Assembly: GCA_025558095.1 (NCBI GenBank)
Contig: JAIVFI010000001.1
Coordinates: 1,116,001 to 1,180,000 of the forward strand
Direction of reading: 5' to 3'
DNA length: 64,000 nt
DNA from: Hyaloraphidium curvatum SAG 235-1
Lineage: Eukaryota > Fungi > Monoblepharomycota
Numbering within the stretch: position 1 is the first letter of the stretch; every line of letters begins with the position of its first letter. This document shows positions 10,737-20,810 of the stretch, one piece after another. The position numbers and the translations under genes are program-made. Below the pieces are notes generated by a model. It saw only the letters and a program-made list of their open reading frames with translations, ran no database searches and was not told where the DNA came from.

Positions 10737-11714
10737 TTACGCAACCAGCGCAGAAGCGGTCGCCGACTCGTACTGATAAAGCTTGCGTCAGAGACATTCC
10801 GCGCCAACGGTGTCAAATCATCTCACCTTCCACGTCGGAGGAAGCATGCCAGCGGTCTTGTAGTACCGGGCAAGGCGGTGCACCCTCGACTCGATCAGAA
10901 TCAGGCGGAACTTCGAGTCCATGTCCTTCCGGTTCCGCTCAAGGTGTTTCCGGACAGCGACCGCCTTCTTGATGAGGTGGTACAGGTCCTCGGGGATCTC
11001 GGGAGCCAGGCCTGCTGGCAGTGAGCGAAACGCCGGGGATCCGTCCGCGCCGCAGCCTACCGTTGGTCCTCAGAATGCGAAGGATCTTGTTTCCAGTCAC
11101 GTTCTTGACCTGGGCCACACCCGACGAGTCACGGAGCTGCACTCCGATCTGCGAGGGGGTCATGCCCTTCTTGGCCAGCTTGCAGATCTGGTCAATGACC
11201 TCCTCGGGCGAGGTCTTGAACCACGAGGGCGGGGTGCGCCGGTACGGCAGAGCCGACGACGAAATGCCCTTCCTGTGTTGCCGAATCCAGCGGGGATGCG
11301 CATCGACCGAAGCACGTCCGGGCAGACCAGCGCGTATCACCGCAACATAGCCGACGCCGCGAGACGGTTCCAATACGATGGGGAAAAGAGAAGACGGGTA
11401 CGAGCAGTCAGAGACTTATTCTCGCCCCCACAGAACGCAGCCCCATCCAATGACGTAGAGGCCCTCCAATGGTGCGGCAGCGCCAGCCGCGCGGCCCTCC
11501 GAAAAGCAGAAGGCACCAATGAAGAACGAGACCTCGGCCGGAACCAATAAAGCACCGAAAACTCCACGCTGCAGCCATGAACAGCAGCACCACCGCGGTC
11601 CGCACGTTTGGAACATCGCTTCGTCCCGGCATTTCGGTGCCCCGAGAACCCAACCACTCCCATCACGGACAACGACAGAAGCAGTACTCACCCGGGCGCG
11701 TGCATACGACCCAT
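10737..11714 (-). CDS. RPS13: 40S ribosomal protein S13 (uS15)
   Basis: Exons 11714-11692, 11272-11061, 11011-10827, 10772-10737: [20 protein letters not shown]...[17 protein letters not shown]...[13 protein letters not shown]. Confidence 0.97.
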
Positions 11715-11853
11715 CGCGGCTGAAAGGCGGAAAGTCGGTTAGCATCAAATGCCACTCTTCTACCCGGAAAGCAGCCCGATATCCAGAGATGCGCGACCGC
11801 CCGCCAGAGCACGAACGGCAACCATTGGCCGCGTCTCGGTCTCCAGACCGATA

Positions 11854-11862
11854 AAACCCTAA
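11854..11862. promoter_or_regulatory. Telo-box-like element AAACCCTAA upstream of RPS13
   Basis: Exact AAACCCTAA about 140 bp upstream of the RPS13 ATG; function inferred from ribosomal-protein promoters of other eukaryotes. Confidence 0.45.
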
Positions 11863-12230
11863 CCACGACGCCGCCGCGCCGCGGTAAGCATCCGTCGTGC
11901 ACGCGCTGTGTCAGCAGCGCCACAGCGACGGCTAACGGTGCGGCGCAAGTGCCGTGGCCCGGGAAGGGTGCCCGCCGAGCTCTCCGTAGCAAGCGCTGTT
12001 CTGCCGGCCAGCCGCCCTCCCAGGCCCCAGTCCGCCACTGCCAACGCCGCCGACCAACACTCATGCCGCCAGAGGCTCGATACTCACCAGAAGTGTGGGG
12101 GTGCGACGCGCGGACAGAGCAAGTGCGGGTTTGTGGTGTCTCCGATTTTTGATCTGGGTTATTTGGGTTAGCCACCGATCACGATCGAGCAACCATAGCA
12201 GCATCTCGATCGTCGCGTCCCCTGCCGAAG

Positions 12231-13679
12231 ATGGATCCCGAAAGCGGGCTTAGGCCGGCGCTGGACACGGTCCCGCACGAAGTGCTCCTGTACTTGCTGA
12301 AGTTTCTCCCCGGAGGCGACTTAGAGCGCTTCGGGGCCGTCAGCAGGACGCTCCGGGCGGCGGCGATCGACGGCTCCCTCTGGGCCCGCCTCTGCCGCGT
12401 CGAGTACGGCGCCGATGTCCGGACCCGCGCTCGTGATGCTTACACGAAGCTGCTTTCCCGATACGGACGGTTCTTGGGCGCCTGGGCCGGCGATTTCGGG
12501 TTCTTTCGGGGCTCGCTCGTCGTTGTGAGGTACGACCCCGACGCCGGGGCCATCGTCGGCGAGCGGATCGAGGTTGTGGACCGGCTGGGCAATACTCACG
12601 GTGCTGCGGGGTTCTCTGCACACCCTGCCACCTCCATGGACTCCATGGATCCCGAGATTCTCCGCGTCAAGCTCTTCTCCGCCGCACTGGGCGAGGATTC
12701 GGATCGATCGGTGGTTTCGTGCTGCTGCAAGCGTGATCAAGAAGCTGCGGATCGTCATGACGCGTCTCTGAGCTCCGACACCGGCGGCTTCTTGGACAAC
12801 GCCTTCGGAGCGAGGGAGGCGGTGTGGGGGGAGCTCGATCTCTTCCCTTGGGCCGAGTCGCTGTTTTACCCGATTCCACTCTATGAGCCGGACGAATTCA
12901 CCGGTCTGTTTCCGTACTCGGCCGGCCGCGCGTTCGAAGACAGTCTGGTGCCCGTTATGCTGCGCGAGCCAAAAGCCTCCAGATCCGCGCGGATGTTGCT
13001 CGATTGCGCGAGGGGTTGCCTCTCCGAAAGGGTGCGCGCACTCAGTGCCGCAAGGAGCTCCACCGAAACCCATCAATATCACCCCCGCTACTCGCGCATC
13101 GTCGGGGTTGAGGACGACGGGGCCGTGAATCAACTCGTGGCGGACCGACTGAACGGGTCCGTCGTTTTGCCTCAAGAAGGACTTTATGTCGGGACGTACG
13201 CCTCGCACGGCCTCGAAATCCTCCTGGTCCGATACTACGAAACTACCGGCGGCAGCGAAGGGGACGATCGGCTGCCCGGCAGCTTTCCGGACGACGCGAG
13301 CGAGACCCAGCAGCTCCTGGAACCTGGTTCCAGCTCGCTGCACATCCGCGTCTTCAAGGTCACCGGCGACGTGAACGTGCCTCGCGGCGAGCAGACCTTT
13401 GCGGTCGAGCTTCCAGTGTCGGGAGCAAGGGTGGCGACGCTCGAGTTTCCAACCGGCGACGACGTCAGCTCCGTGGACTTGAGGGGCGTCCCCGAGTTCG
13501 CGGAGCACGGCGACAGGCTGCATGTCCTGCACGGCGAAGGCACCGTCGCAATGGTCGGCCATCGCCGCGTCAGCAGGATTCCAACGTCCATGATTGTGCT
13601 CGCCGACGATCGCTTCTGCATGTATTGGCCCGACATGCGCAAGATCTCTGCTTTTCGGAAGCTGGATCTCCGAATCTAG
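12231..13679 (+). CDS. F-box protein with C-terminal FBXO31/cyclin-D1-binding-like domain
   Basis: N-terminal LDTVPHEVLLYLLKFL..VSRTLR..LWARLC; C-terminal GLYVGTYASHGLEILL..KVTGDVNVPRGEQTF. Confidence 0.8.
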   Translation: MDPESGLRPALDTVPHEVLLYLLKFLPGGDLERFGAVSRTLRAAAIDGSLWARLCRVEYGADVRTRARDAYTKLLSRYGRFLGAWAGDFGFFRGSLVVVRYDPDAGAIVGERIEVVDRLGNTHGAAGFSAHPATSMDSMDPEILRVKLFSAALGEDSDRSVVSCCCKRDQEAADRHDASLSSDTGGFLDNAFGAREAVWGELDLFPWAESLFYPIPLYEPDEFTGLFPYSAGRAFEDSLVPVMLREPKASRSARMLLDCARGCLSERVRALSAARSSTETHQYHPRYSRIVGVEDDGAVNQLVADRLNGSVVLPQEGLYVGTYASHGLEILLVRYYETTGGSEGDDRLPGSFPDDASETQQLLEPGSSSLHIRVFKVTGDVNVPRGEQTFAVELPVSGARVATLEFPTGDDVSSVDLRGVPEFAEHGDRLHVLHGEGTVAMVGHRRVSRIPTSMIVLADDRFCMYWPDMRKISAFRKLDLRI

Positions 13680-13790
13680 ATGCAGATCCGTTTTCCCAAT
13701 AGACATCTCGGCGGAATCGTTGACGTGGAGACGCTTGGAAAATGGGCGCAGCGGATCGAACCACTTCCCCTCTCCGCTCCGCACAGAAAA

Positions 13791-15338
13791 ATGTCCGCGT
13801 CTCCCGCCCGTGTGACGCGGCGCTCGGCCGCGGCCGCAAAGGCCGCGCAGGAAGCCGAGGAGGCGGTCGCCCCAAACGGATCGCACCAGAATGGAAATGC
13901 GGACGCGCCCGCGACAAACGGACACGCCAACGGCGCGGCCAAGGAGAACGGCCCCGCCGTCGCGGACACGTGGGCCACAACCGCCGGTACCGGCGACCGC
14001 TGGTCCGTGTGGGGCCTGTCGGGCTGGGCCGGACGCGCGGCGGTGCTGCTCGGCGCCGTGGGCCTCATGGTCGGCGCCCCGACCTTTGCCAACCTGCTGG
14101 TCTTCCTGCTCTCCAAGTGCAACGGATCTTTTGCCGAATTCTTTGCCTACTTCGGCGCCGCTTTCAAGCAGGGCGGCGCCTCGGGCCTCTTCCGGGCGGT
14201 CGCCGATGTGTGGCCCACGCCCTTCAATCCCACCGCGATCAAATACGTCTTTTCCTACATGTTCGTCGAGGCCATGCTCCAGCTCTTCGTGCCCGGCAAG
14301 GAGTTCCGCGGCCCGGTGACGCCGCGCGGCAACGTGCCCGTCTACAAGGCCAATGGCGTGCAGCGCTACTTCGCCTCGATGGCGCTCTTTGTGGTCGGCT
14401 GGCAGCTCAACATCTTTGATCCCGCGGACGTTATCGACCACTTTGCCGAGATCCTGTCGACGCTGAACGTTTTCGCGCTCGTGTTCTGCCTCTTCCTGAT
14501 GATCAAGGGCCTGTACTTCCCGTCCACGACCGACGCAGGCTCGACGGGCTCGGTACTGTTCGACTTTTTCTGGGGCACGGAGCTCTACCCACGGATCGGC
14601 AAGTACTTTGACCTCAAGACCTGGACCAACGACTCGGTCAGCATGATGGGGTGGGCCACCATCTGCCTTTGCTGCGCCGTCAAGCAGTACCGCGACCTCG
14701 GCTACGTCACCAACTCGATGATCGTCAGCGTGGCGATCCTCGAGGTCTACCTGCTCAAGTTCTTCATGTGGGAGACCGGCTACTGGAGCTCCATGGACAT
14801 TGCCCACGACCGCGCCGGCTTCTACATCTGCTGGGGCGTGCTCGTCTGGGTGCCGTCGGTCTACTGCTCGCCCCAGCTCTTCCTGGTCAACCACCCGGTG
14901 CAGTGGTCGTGGCCCGCGGCCGCCGCTATTCTGGCCGTTGGGCTCGCGTCGGTCTACATCAACTACGACGCCGACCGGCAGCGCCAGGAGTTCCGGCGCA
15001 CCGAGGGCAAGCAGCCTATCTGGGGCAAGCCTCCGAAGATGATTGTCGCCAAGTACAAGGCCGGCAACGGAGAGGAAAAGACCTCGCTGCTGCTGTACTC
15101 GGGCTGGTGGGGCCTGGCGCGGCACTTCCACTACGTGCCCGAGCTGCTCCTGGCCTTCTGCTGGTCCGTCACCGCCGGCTGGGGCTACTTCATGCCCTAC
15201 TTTTACTTCTTCTTCCTGGTGCTGCTCCTCACGGACCGTGCGTTCCGCGACGACACGCGGTGCAAGGCCAAGTACGGCAAGTACTGGGACGAGTACTGCA
15301 AGGCCGTGCCCTACAAGATCCTGCCGTACGTGCTCTGA
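13791..15338 (+). CDS. DHCR7: 7-dehydrocholesterol (sterol delta-7) reductase, ERG4/ERG24 family
   Basis: Intronless; GPVTPRGNVPVYKANG, DFFWGTELYPRIG, WETGYWSSMDIAHDRAGFYICWG, GWWGLARHFHYVPE, RDDTRCKAKYGKYW. Confidence 0.9.
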   Translation: MSASPARVTRRSAAAAKAAQEAEEAVAPNGSHQNGNADAPATNGHANGAAKENGPAVADTWATTAGTGDRWSVWGLSGWAGRAAVLLGAVGLMVGAPTFANLLVFLLSKCNGSFAEFFAYFGAAFKQGGASGLFRAVADVWPTPFNPTAIKYVFSYMFVEAMLQLFVPGKEFRGPVTPRGNVPVYKANGVQRYFASMALFVVGWQLNIFDPADVIDHFAEILSTLNVFALVFCLFLMIKGLYFPSTTDAGSTGSVLFDFFWGTELYPRIGKYFDLKTWTNDSVSMMGWATICLCCAVKQYRDLGYVTNSMIVSVAILEVYLLKFFMWETGYWSSMDIAHDRAGFYICWGVLVWVPSVYCSPQLFLVNHPVQWSWPAAAAILAVGLASVYINYDADRQRQEFRRTEGKQPIWGKPPKMIVAKYKAGNGEEKTSLLLYSGWWGLARHFHYVPELLLAFCWSVTAGWGYFMPYFYFFFLVLLLTDRAFRDDTRCKAKYGKYWDEYCKAVPYKILPYVL

Positions 15339-15426
15339 GGCGGCATGTGCTATGAGGCAGGACGCGGAAAGATGTAAACGTTCGTGAAAGATGGAACGAT
15401 AGAGAGATTGGCCGTAGCCCCATCGT

Positions 15427-18215
15427 CTATTCCTCGATGTCGTCCGACACGGGCTTCGGCCTCGCGGCCGCCGCGCTGAACCGGAACCCCGACGCCCTTC
15501 CCGTCGACGGCCTGTCCGGCGACGCCTCCACGAGCAGCTTGGACGCCGGCGGCGACGAAGCGCGCTCGATCCGCTCGATCGGCGTGGTGTGCCCCCGCGA
15601 TCCGCTCCCCGACGACGCCGTGCGGGGCACCGACTTGCCCGCCGCGCCGCTAGCTTCCGATCTGATTCCGGGCGACACGTTCTCCTTGGCACGCGGGTCG
15701 GGCGCGCGCCGGTGCGCCGTGGGCGTGAGCGTCTCCGACGCCTCCGACACCCCGAGCATCTTCTTCCTCTCGCTCAGCAGCCGCTCGAGCACCCCGGGCT
15801 GCCGCTGCTGCGGCGTCTCCTTCGGTTCGTGCTCGTGCTCGTGATCCTGCCCCTCCTCCGCATGCACATCCTCTTCGGGGGTCACTTCCCGTTCCTCCCG
15901 CCTCGGCGCCTCCCCGATCCGCTCGGGCGGCACCAGCTCGTCCGAGCTCGCCTCCCCGTCGGGGTCCGCGACCTCTTGTGTCGCCCACTGCGGCTTCCGC
16001 GGGGGAGCACGCGCGGCACGCCGGGCCTCGCGGCGCTCCTCCTCCTCGTCGCTGTCCGTGCGGCGCGGGGGCGATCGGGAGCGCGAGCGGGAGGCCGGGC
16101 GAGAGCGGTCGTCGGATCCGCGGTCAGAGGCGTAGTCCGGGGCTTCGTCACGGCGGTCGCGCGCCCGTCCGCGGTCCTCGTGCGCGTCCCAGTCGTCGTC
16201 TTGCGCAGGCCGATCGTAGCTGTCGTCACACGCAGCCCGATCGTAGCCGTCGTCACGCGCATTCCGACCGTACCCGTCGTCCCGCGCAGCCTGACCGTAT
16301 CCGTCGTCCCGCGCATCCCGATCGTACCCTCTCGCATCCCCGCGAACGTCCCGCGCATCCCACCGCCCGTCTCGCGCATCCCTGCCGTCCTCCCGTGCAT
16401 CCAAATCGCTCCCGTACCCATCATCGCCCCCGCCCCCGCGGTCATCGCGCACATAACCCCCATCGCCTTCGCTGGCCCCGCTCCGCTCCCCACTGCGATC
16501 GCTGACGAGCACGTACGAGCCCTGCGGGGGTCGGTACGCGGACGACGGGATCCCGTTCCGCGGGCGGCCAGCCAGCGGCGGGGGAGGCGAGGGGTCGTGC
16601 CTGCCGCGCCGGGGCGGTGGATCACGGTCGTCGTCCTCGCGCGCGGGGGGGCGGCGGGTGCCGTAGGCGGGGGTGTCGCGCGCGTAGGCGGGGGATTCGC
16701 GGCCGTGGCCTGCGCTGTCCCGGCCGTACCCCGCGCTCTCGCGGCCGTAGCCTCGTCCGTACCCCTCCCTGTCGTCCGCGTACCCCTCCAGCCCGCGGTA
16801 CCCCTCCTCCTCCTCGTCGTCCTCCTCCTTGACAGGCGGCCGCATGACAAAGCTCGGCGGCTTGAACGACGACCTCCTCGGCACCGAGATCCTCGCGGGC
16901 TGCTGCTCCTCGCGGCGGCCCTTCTTGGGGACCTTTTCCAGGGCCAAGGCGACGTGCCGGTCAAAGTCGAGGTCCTTGTTGAGGGGGATGCCGTTGGGGA
17001 AGAAGGCGACGTCGAGCTTGGTGTCGCTGTCGTCATATAGGATCGTCTGCGGGCAAAGAAGGTTCAGCAAAAGCTTTGCGTGCATGCGAGAGCTGGAATA
17101 CCTTGCCGCCCGAGAGATAGTGCTTGATCTTGCCGTCCTTGTACTTCTTGTTGAGCGTCGCGCGGTACATCTGCAGACGGATCAACACGCTTGCGACCGC
17201 GGCAACGTGGCAGCGCACCCACCTGGCTCACGTACTGCGCCTCGTACACCTCGTGCGGGTCCTCCTTCTTGGCCGGCGGGGTCGAGAACGGGTGGTTCCT
17301 CGCGGCGCCCTGGTTCCCGGGGATCGCGTGCGCCTGCGCCGGGGTGCGCCCGGGGGCGTAGGGGAACGGGAAGCGCGACGGGGTGCCGCCCGTGCCTTGC
17401 TGCGGGCGGCGGTTGGCGGACCCGGGCCCGCCGCCGCGGAAGAAGGGCCGGTCCGGCTCGGATTCGTCCGCGTACGTCTCAGGGAGCCTCGCGCCGAAGC
17501 TCGTCCGCCGGCTGGGCGCGTCGCGGGGGTGCGAGTGGCGCGCGAGGAAGTGCAGGGTTTCGTCGCGGGGGGCGGGGCGCCGCGCGTCGGGGAGGAAAGC
17601 CTGCTGGGCAGGAGGCCGGTCCCGGTCGGGCGGGGTGAGGCGGCGGTCGGGCTGCGGAGAGAGCTCGCGGGGGGAGCGGGGGGGCTGCGAGGGACGGCGT
17701 CGGTCGTCGTAGCCGGCGTAGCGTGCGGGAGGTTCCTCGTATCCCCTGTTGCCTCGCCGGTAGTCGTGCTGTCTGCGGTCATCGCCGTACTGCATGCCAT
17801 CGTCCCTTTCGTCCCCGTTGGACCCCTCATCGTGCCGCCCATGATCGCCCCTCTGGCTCTGCTGCGTGTACCCTCCGCGATCATCCTGGTAGATCCTCTG
17901 CCCGTGCGCATTTTGCTGCGTGTACTGCGCGTCCCCACGGTAACCCTGCGTGGGTTGCGGATAGCGCCCCGGCGACCGCCCCAGCTGCGAAAACTGCTGC
18001 TGCTGGGCTGCCCTGCGGTCCTGCGGGACCCTCTGCGAGGAATAGTCCTGTGCTGGTGCGCGGGCCTGCGAGCGCGGGAGGGGCGGTTCGTCTCCGAAAT
18101 CGCCTTCGTCGGGCGGCCACTGCGTGCCGCGGGGCGCGTTCCGCCCGGCTGCGCGCTGCGGCGGCGCTCCGCCGCGTGGAGAATAGTAGTCGTAATCGTC
18201 AGAACGCGGTTCCAT
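15427..18215 (-). CDS. Largely disordered protein with a DUF2439 (ZGRF1/Mte1/Dbl2 N-terminal-like) domain
   Basis: Exons 18215-17223, 17170-17102, 17046-15427; the spliced core YEAQYVSQ..KKYKDGKIKH..KTILYDDSDTKLD..DLDFDRHV resembles DUF2439; the rest is low complexity. Confidence 0.65.
16190..16400 (-). repeat. Degenerate 27-nt coding tandem repeat (ARDDGYGxx)
   Basis: DARDDGYGQ AARDDGYGR NARDDGYDR AACDDSYDR PAQDDDWDA in translation; boundaries approximate. Confidence 0.8.
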
Positions 18216-18412
18216 CGCTGTGAAGGGGGGAATGGATTCGGGTCGTTCGTCCCAAGTCTTCGCGCGGAGCAGTCCGCCAAAGACAGTTTCGCGCCCGCCG
18301 AATCCCGGGGGAATCCCGCCTTAAATCCCGCTCCGCCGATTTTGTAGGAGCCTGTTAAGCGCGGGTTAGGGCGGCGGCGGCCGCGGCAGGGCAGGCAGCC
18401 CCGCTCGGCGGG
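18216..18412. promoter_or_regulatory. Bidirectional promoter with E2F-like elements
   Basis: TTTCGCGC at 18287-18294, TTCGCGCG at 18259-18266, AATCCCG x3 at 18301, 18312 and 18324, between divergent ATGs. Confidence 0.5.
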
Positions 18413-20509
18413 ATGGGCATCGCGGGGCTGCTCCCGCTCCTCCGCGAGGCGGCGCGCACGGTGCCGCTCGACGCGCTGCGCGGGCTGACCGTCGGCGTCG
18501 ACGCCTACGTGTGGCTGCACCGCGGCGCGTACGGCTGCGCGGCCGACCTCGCAACCGGCCGGCGCACCACGCGCTACGTCGACTACTGCCTCGAGCAGGT
18601 GCGCCGCCTGCAGAGCTTCGGCATCGTGCCGTACCTCGTCTTCGACGGCGGCCCGCTGCCCGCAAAGCGCGCCACAGAGGCGGAGCGGCGGCTGCGGCGC
18701 GAGGAGGCCCGCGCAAAGGGCATGGAGCTGTGGCACGCCGGCCAGCGCGACAGGGCGTTCGAGCACTTTGCAGCCAGCGTCGACGTCAGCCCCGCCATGG
18801 CCTTCCAGCTCATCGCCGCCCTGCGCAAGCTGGGCGTGGCCTACGTCGTCGCGCCCTACGAGGCCGACGCGCAGCTGGCCTACCTCGAAAAGGCCGGCAT
18901 CGTCGACGCCATCCTGACAGAGGACTCGGACCTGCTCGTGTTCGGCTGCAAACGCGTGCTGTACAAGCTCGACCGCGACTCGACGGTGCAGGAGATTTTG
19001 CGCTCGCGCTTCTCGGACGTGCGCGCCGAGATCGCCCTGGGCGGCAAGTTCACCGACGAAAAGTTCCGCTGGATGTGCATCCTCTCCGGGTGCGACTACC
19101 TCCCCTCCATCCCCAACCTCGGCCTGAAGAAGGCCTACAAGCTCCTCGTGCGCTGCTCCTCGGTCGAGATGGCCCTCCGCACGGGCTCCTTCACCTACCG
19201 CTTCCAGGTCCCCAAGGACTACCTCGCCGCCTTCCGTCGCGCGGAGCTCACATTCCTGCACCAGCGGGTGTGGTGCCCGCGCGCCCGCAGGCTGGTGCAC
19301 CTCGCTGACCCGCCGCCGGGGCTGGACCTCGCGGGGGCGGAGCACGACTACCTCGGACGCGATTTGCCGCCCGAGGTCGCGGCGGCGATCGCGGGGGGGG
19401 ACCTGTGTCCCGTCACGGGAAAGGTGCTGGGGACCGTGGAGGAGGGCGTGGTGCTGCCGCCGCTGCCGAGCGCGGTGGGGGGGAGGGGGGCGGAGGTGCT
19501 GGTGCCAGGGTCGGACGACGAGCCGGCTGCGGCCGAGGCGGAGGCGGTCGCGGCGGAAGCCGCTTGTGCGGAAGTGGTGGATTTGGAGGAGGAGCGGAAG
19601 CGGACGGTCAAGGCGATCACGGCCCGGACAGTCGTGGACGCGCGGACGCGGAGCCCCTTTTTCGGCAAACCGCCCGCGGCGGCGGGAGGCGCTGCGCCGG
19701 CCCCGCTTCCCGCCAGCCAGCTGGTCCCCGCGAGCCAGGTGGACAAGCCGAGGCGGGTCATCACCCTCAAGCGGCTCAACGACGAGAACGAGCCCCATGC
19801 TGACGCCGCGCCGCCGGCGGAGCCGATCGTGCTGGGCGGCAGCCCGTCCCCGGAGCGCAAGCCCCGGTCCGCGCCGCCCGCCGCCGGCCCCGCGGATGAG
19901 GATGCGGATGCGCCGAAGGCGGAGGAACGGGATGCGGATCCGGCGAGGAGGGTGCTCAAGGGGATGCTCGACAGGTACCGTGTGCCGCCGCCGACGCTGC
20001 CGCTCGCGCAGGTCCGCGCGAGGCCGGGCGCGGGGAGCGGACAGCGGAATGCGGGGCCGCCGCGGCTCAACGTGGGTGTCTTCGGGGACCGTGCGGGGTT
20101 GGAGCTGACGCCCGGTTTTCCGAGCAGCTGCAGGGGTTCACCAAGTCCTTCCCGGCATACGACTTTCTGCACAAGCCCCTCCAGCAGTCGCCCAAGACGG
20201 ATGCGGGGGACGGAGCGGGCGACGCCGGCGGTGCATCCAATGCGCAACCCGCATGGAGCAGTGAGCTTTCTCCGCCGCACCTCCCCGATCGACGCTGATC
20301 TCCCCGCAGGCCAGCCAGTCCTCCCCACGCAGAACCACCCCGCCAAGCGCAAGCGCCAGTCCGCCCCGTTGCCGCGCGCCGCGGCCTCGCAGCCGGCGGG
20401 CGGCAAGCGGGCGTCGCTGTCGGCCGGGCCGAGGGACAACCTGACGCTGACGTCGGGATGGTTCGCGGGGTGGCAGCCGACGCAGGATACGGAGTCGGCG
20501 GAGCCCTGA
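18413..20509 (+). CDS. EXO1: Exonuclease 1 (XPG/Rad2 family)
   Basis: MGIAGLLPLL, GVDAYVWLHRG, VFDGGPLPAK, VAPYEADAQLAYL, TEDSDLLVFG, CILSGCDYLPS; probable introns 20072-20127 and 20261-20309 in the tail. Confidence 0.95.
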   Translation: MGIAGLLPLLREAARTVPLDALRGLTVGVDAYVWLHRGAYGCAADLATGRRTTRYVDYCLEQVRRLQSFGIVPYLVFDGGPLPAKRATEAERRLRREEARAKGMELWHAGQRDRAFEHFAASVDVSPAMAFQLIAALRKLGVAYVVAPYEADAQLAYLEKAGIVDAILTEDSDLLVFGCKRVLYKLDRDSTVQEILRSRFSDVRAEIALGGKFTDEKFRWMCILSGCDYLPSIPNLGLKKAYKLLVRCSSVEMALRTGSFTYRFQVPKDYLAAFRRAELTFLHQRVWCPRARRLVHLADPPPGLDLAGAEHDYLGRDLPPEVAAAIAGGDLCPVTGKVLGTVEEGVVLPPLPSAVGGRGAEVLVPGSDDEPAAAEAEAVAAEAACAEVVDLEEERKRTVKAITARTVVDARTRSPFFGKPPAAAGGAAPAPLPASQLVPASQVDKPRRVITLKRLNDENEPHADAAPPAEPIVLGGSPSPERKPRSAPPAAGPADEDADAPKAEERDADPARRVLKGMLDRYRVPPPTLPLAQVRARPGAGSGQRNAGPPRLNVGVFGDRAGLELTPGFPSSCRGSPSPSRHTTFCTSPSSSRPRRMRGTERATPAVHPMRNPHGAVSFLRRTSPIDADLPAGQPVLPTQNHPAKRKRQSAPLPRAAASQPAGGKRASLSAGPRDNLTLTSGWFAGWQPTQDTESAEP

Positions 20510-20810
20510 TCGTGCGCAGGTCGGGCGATGGCTTCCTCGCTGTGTTGAATGCATTGGATCAGAGGCTCCAGCCCGCCTTCGATGGTCATGATGCGGCGCC
20601 CAGGTCCACGCCACGCACCTCTCCCACAACATCTAGATGCAGATTGTATACAGCATCCGGCTATCGGTACGGCCATCGGTTGCGAACAGGATTCGTGGCG
20701 AAACTGCGTGGGACGCATCAGGGATTCAAGGGACCACACGCGACGACTTGGGGGATCGCGTGCAAACTCCATGAACACGCCTGCGGCCCTCGTCCGACGC
20801 CCGCATCGCG

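Noticed and set aside
11273-11691. U14 (SNORD14) snoRNA, as hosted by vertebrate RPS13
   Set aside because: No RTGATGA C box and no U14 domain A/B sequence is recognisable; another ncRNA is not excluded.
12321-15692. 1123-aa minus-strand ORF
   Set aside because: It is the antisense shadow of the F-box and DHCR7 genes, has no motifs, and is expected at high GC3.
17228-19798. 856-aa minus ORF, and similar long ORFs at 28639-30411, 38247-40529 and 52896-54638
   Set aside because: These are antisense or off-frame shadows of recognised genes, with Arg/Gly/Ala/Pro-biased noise.
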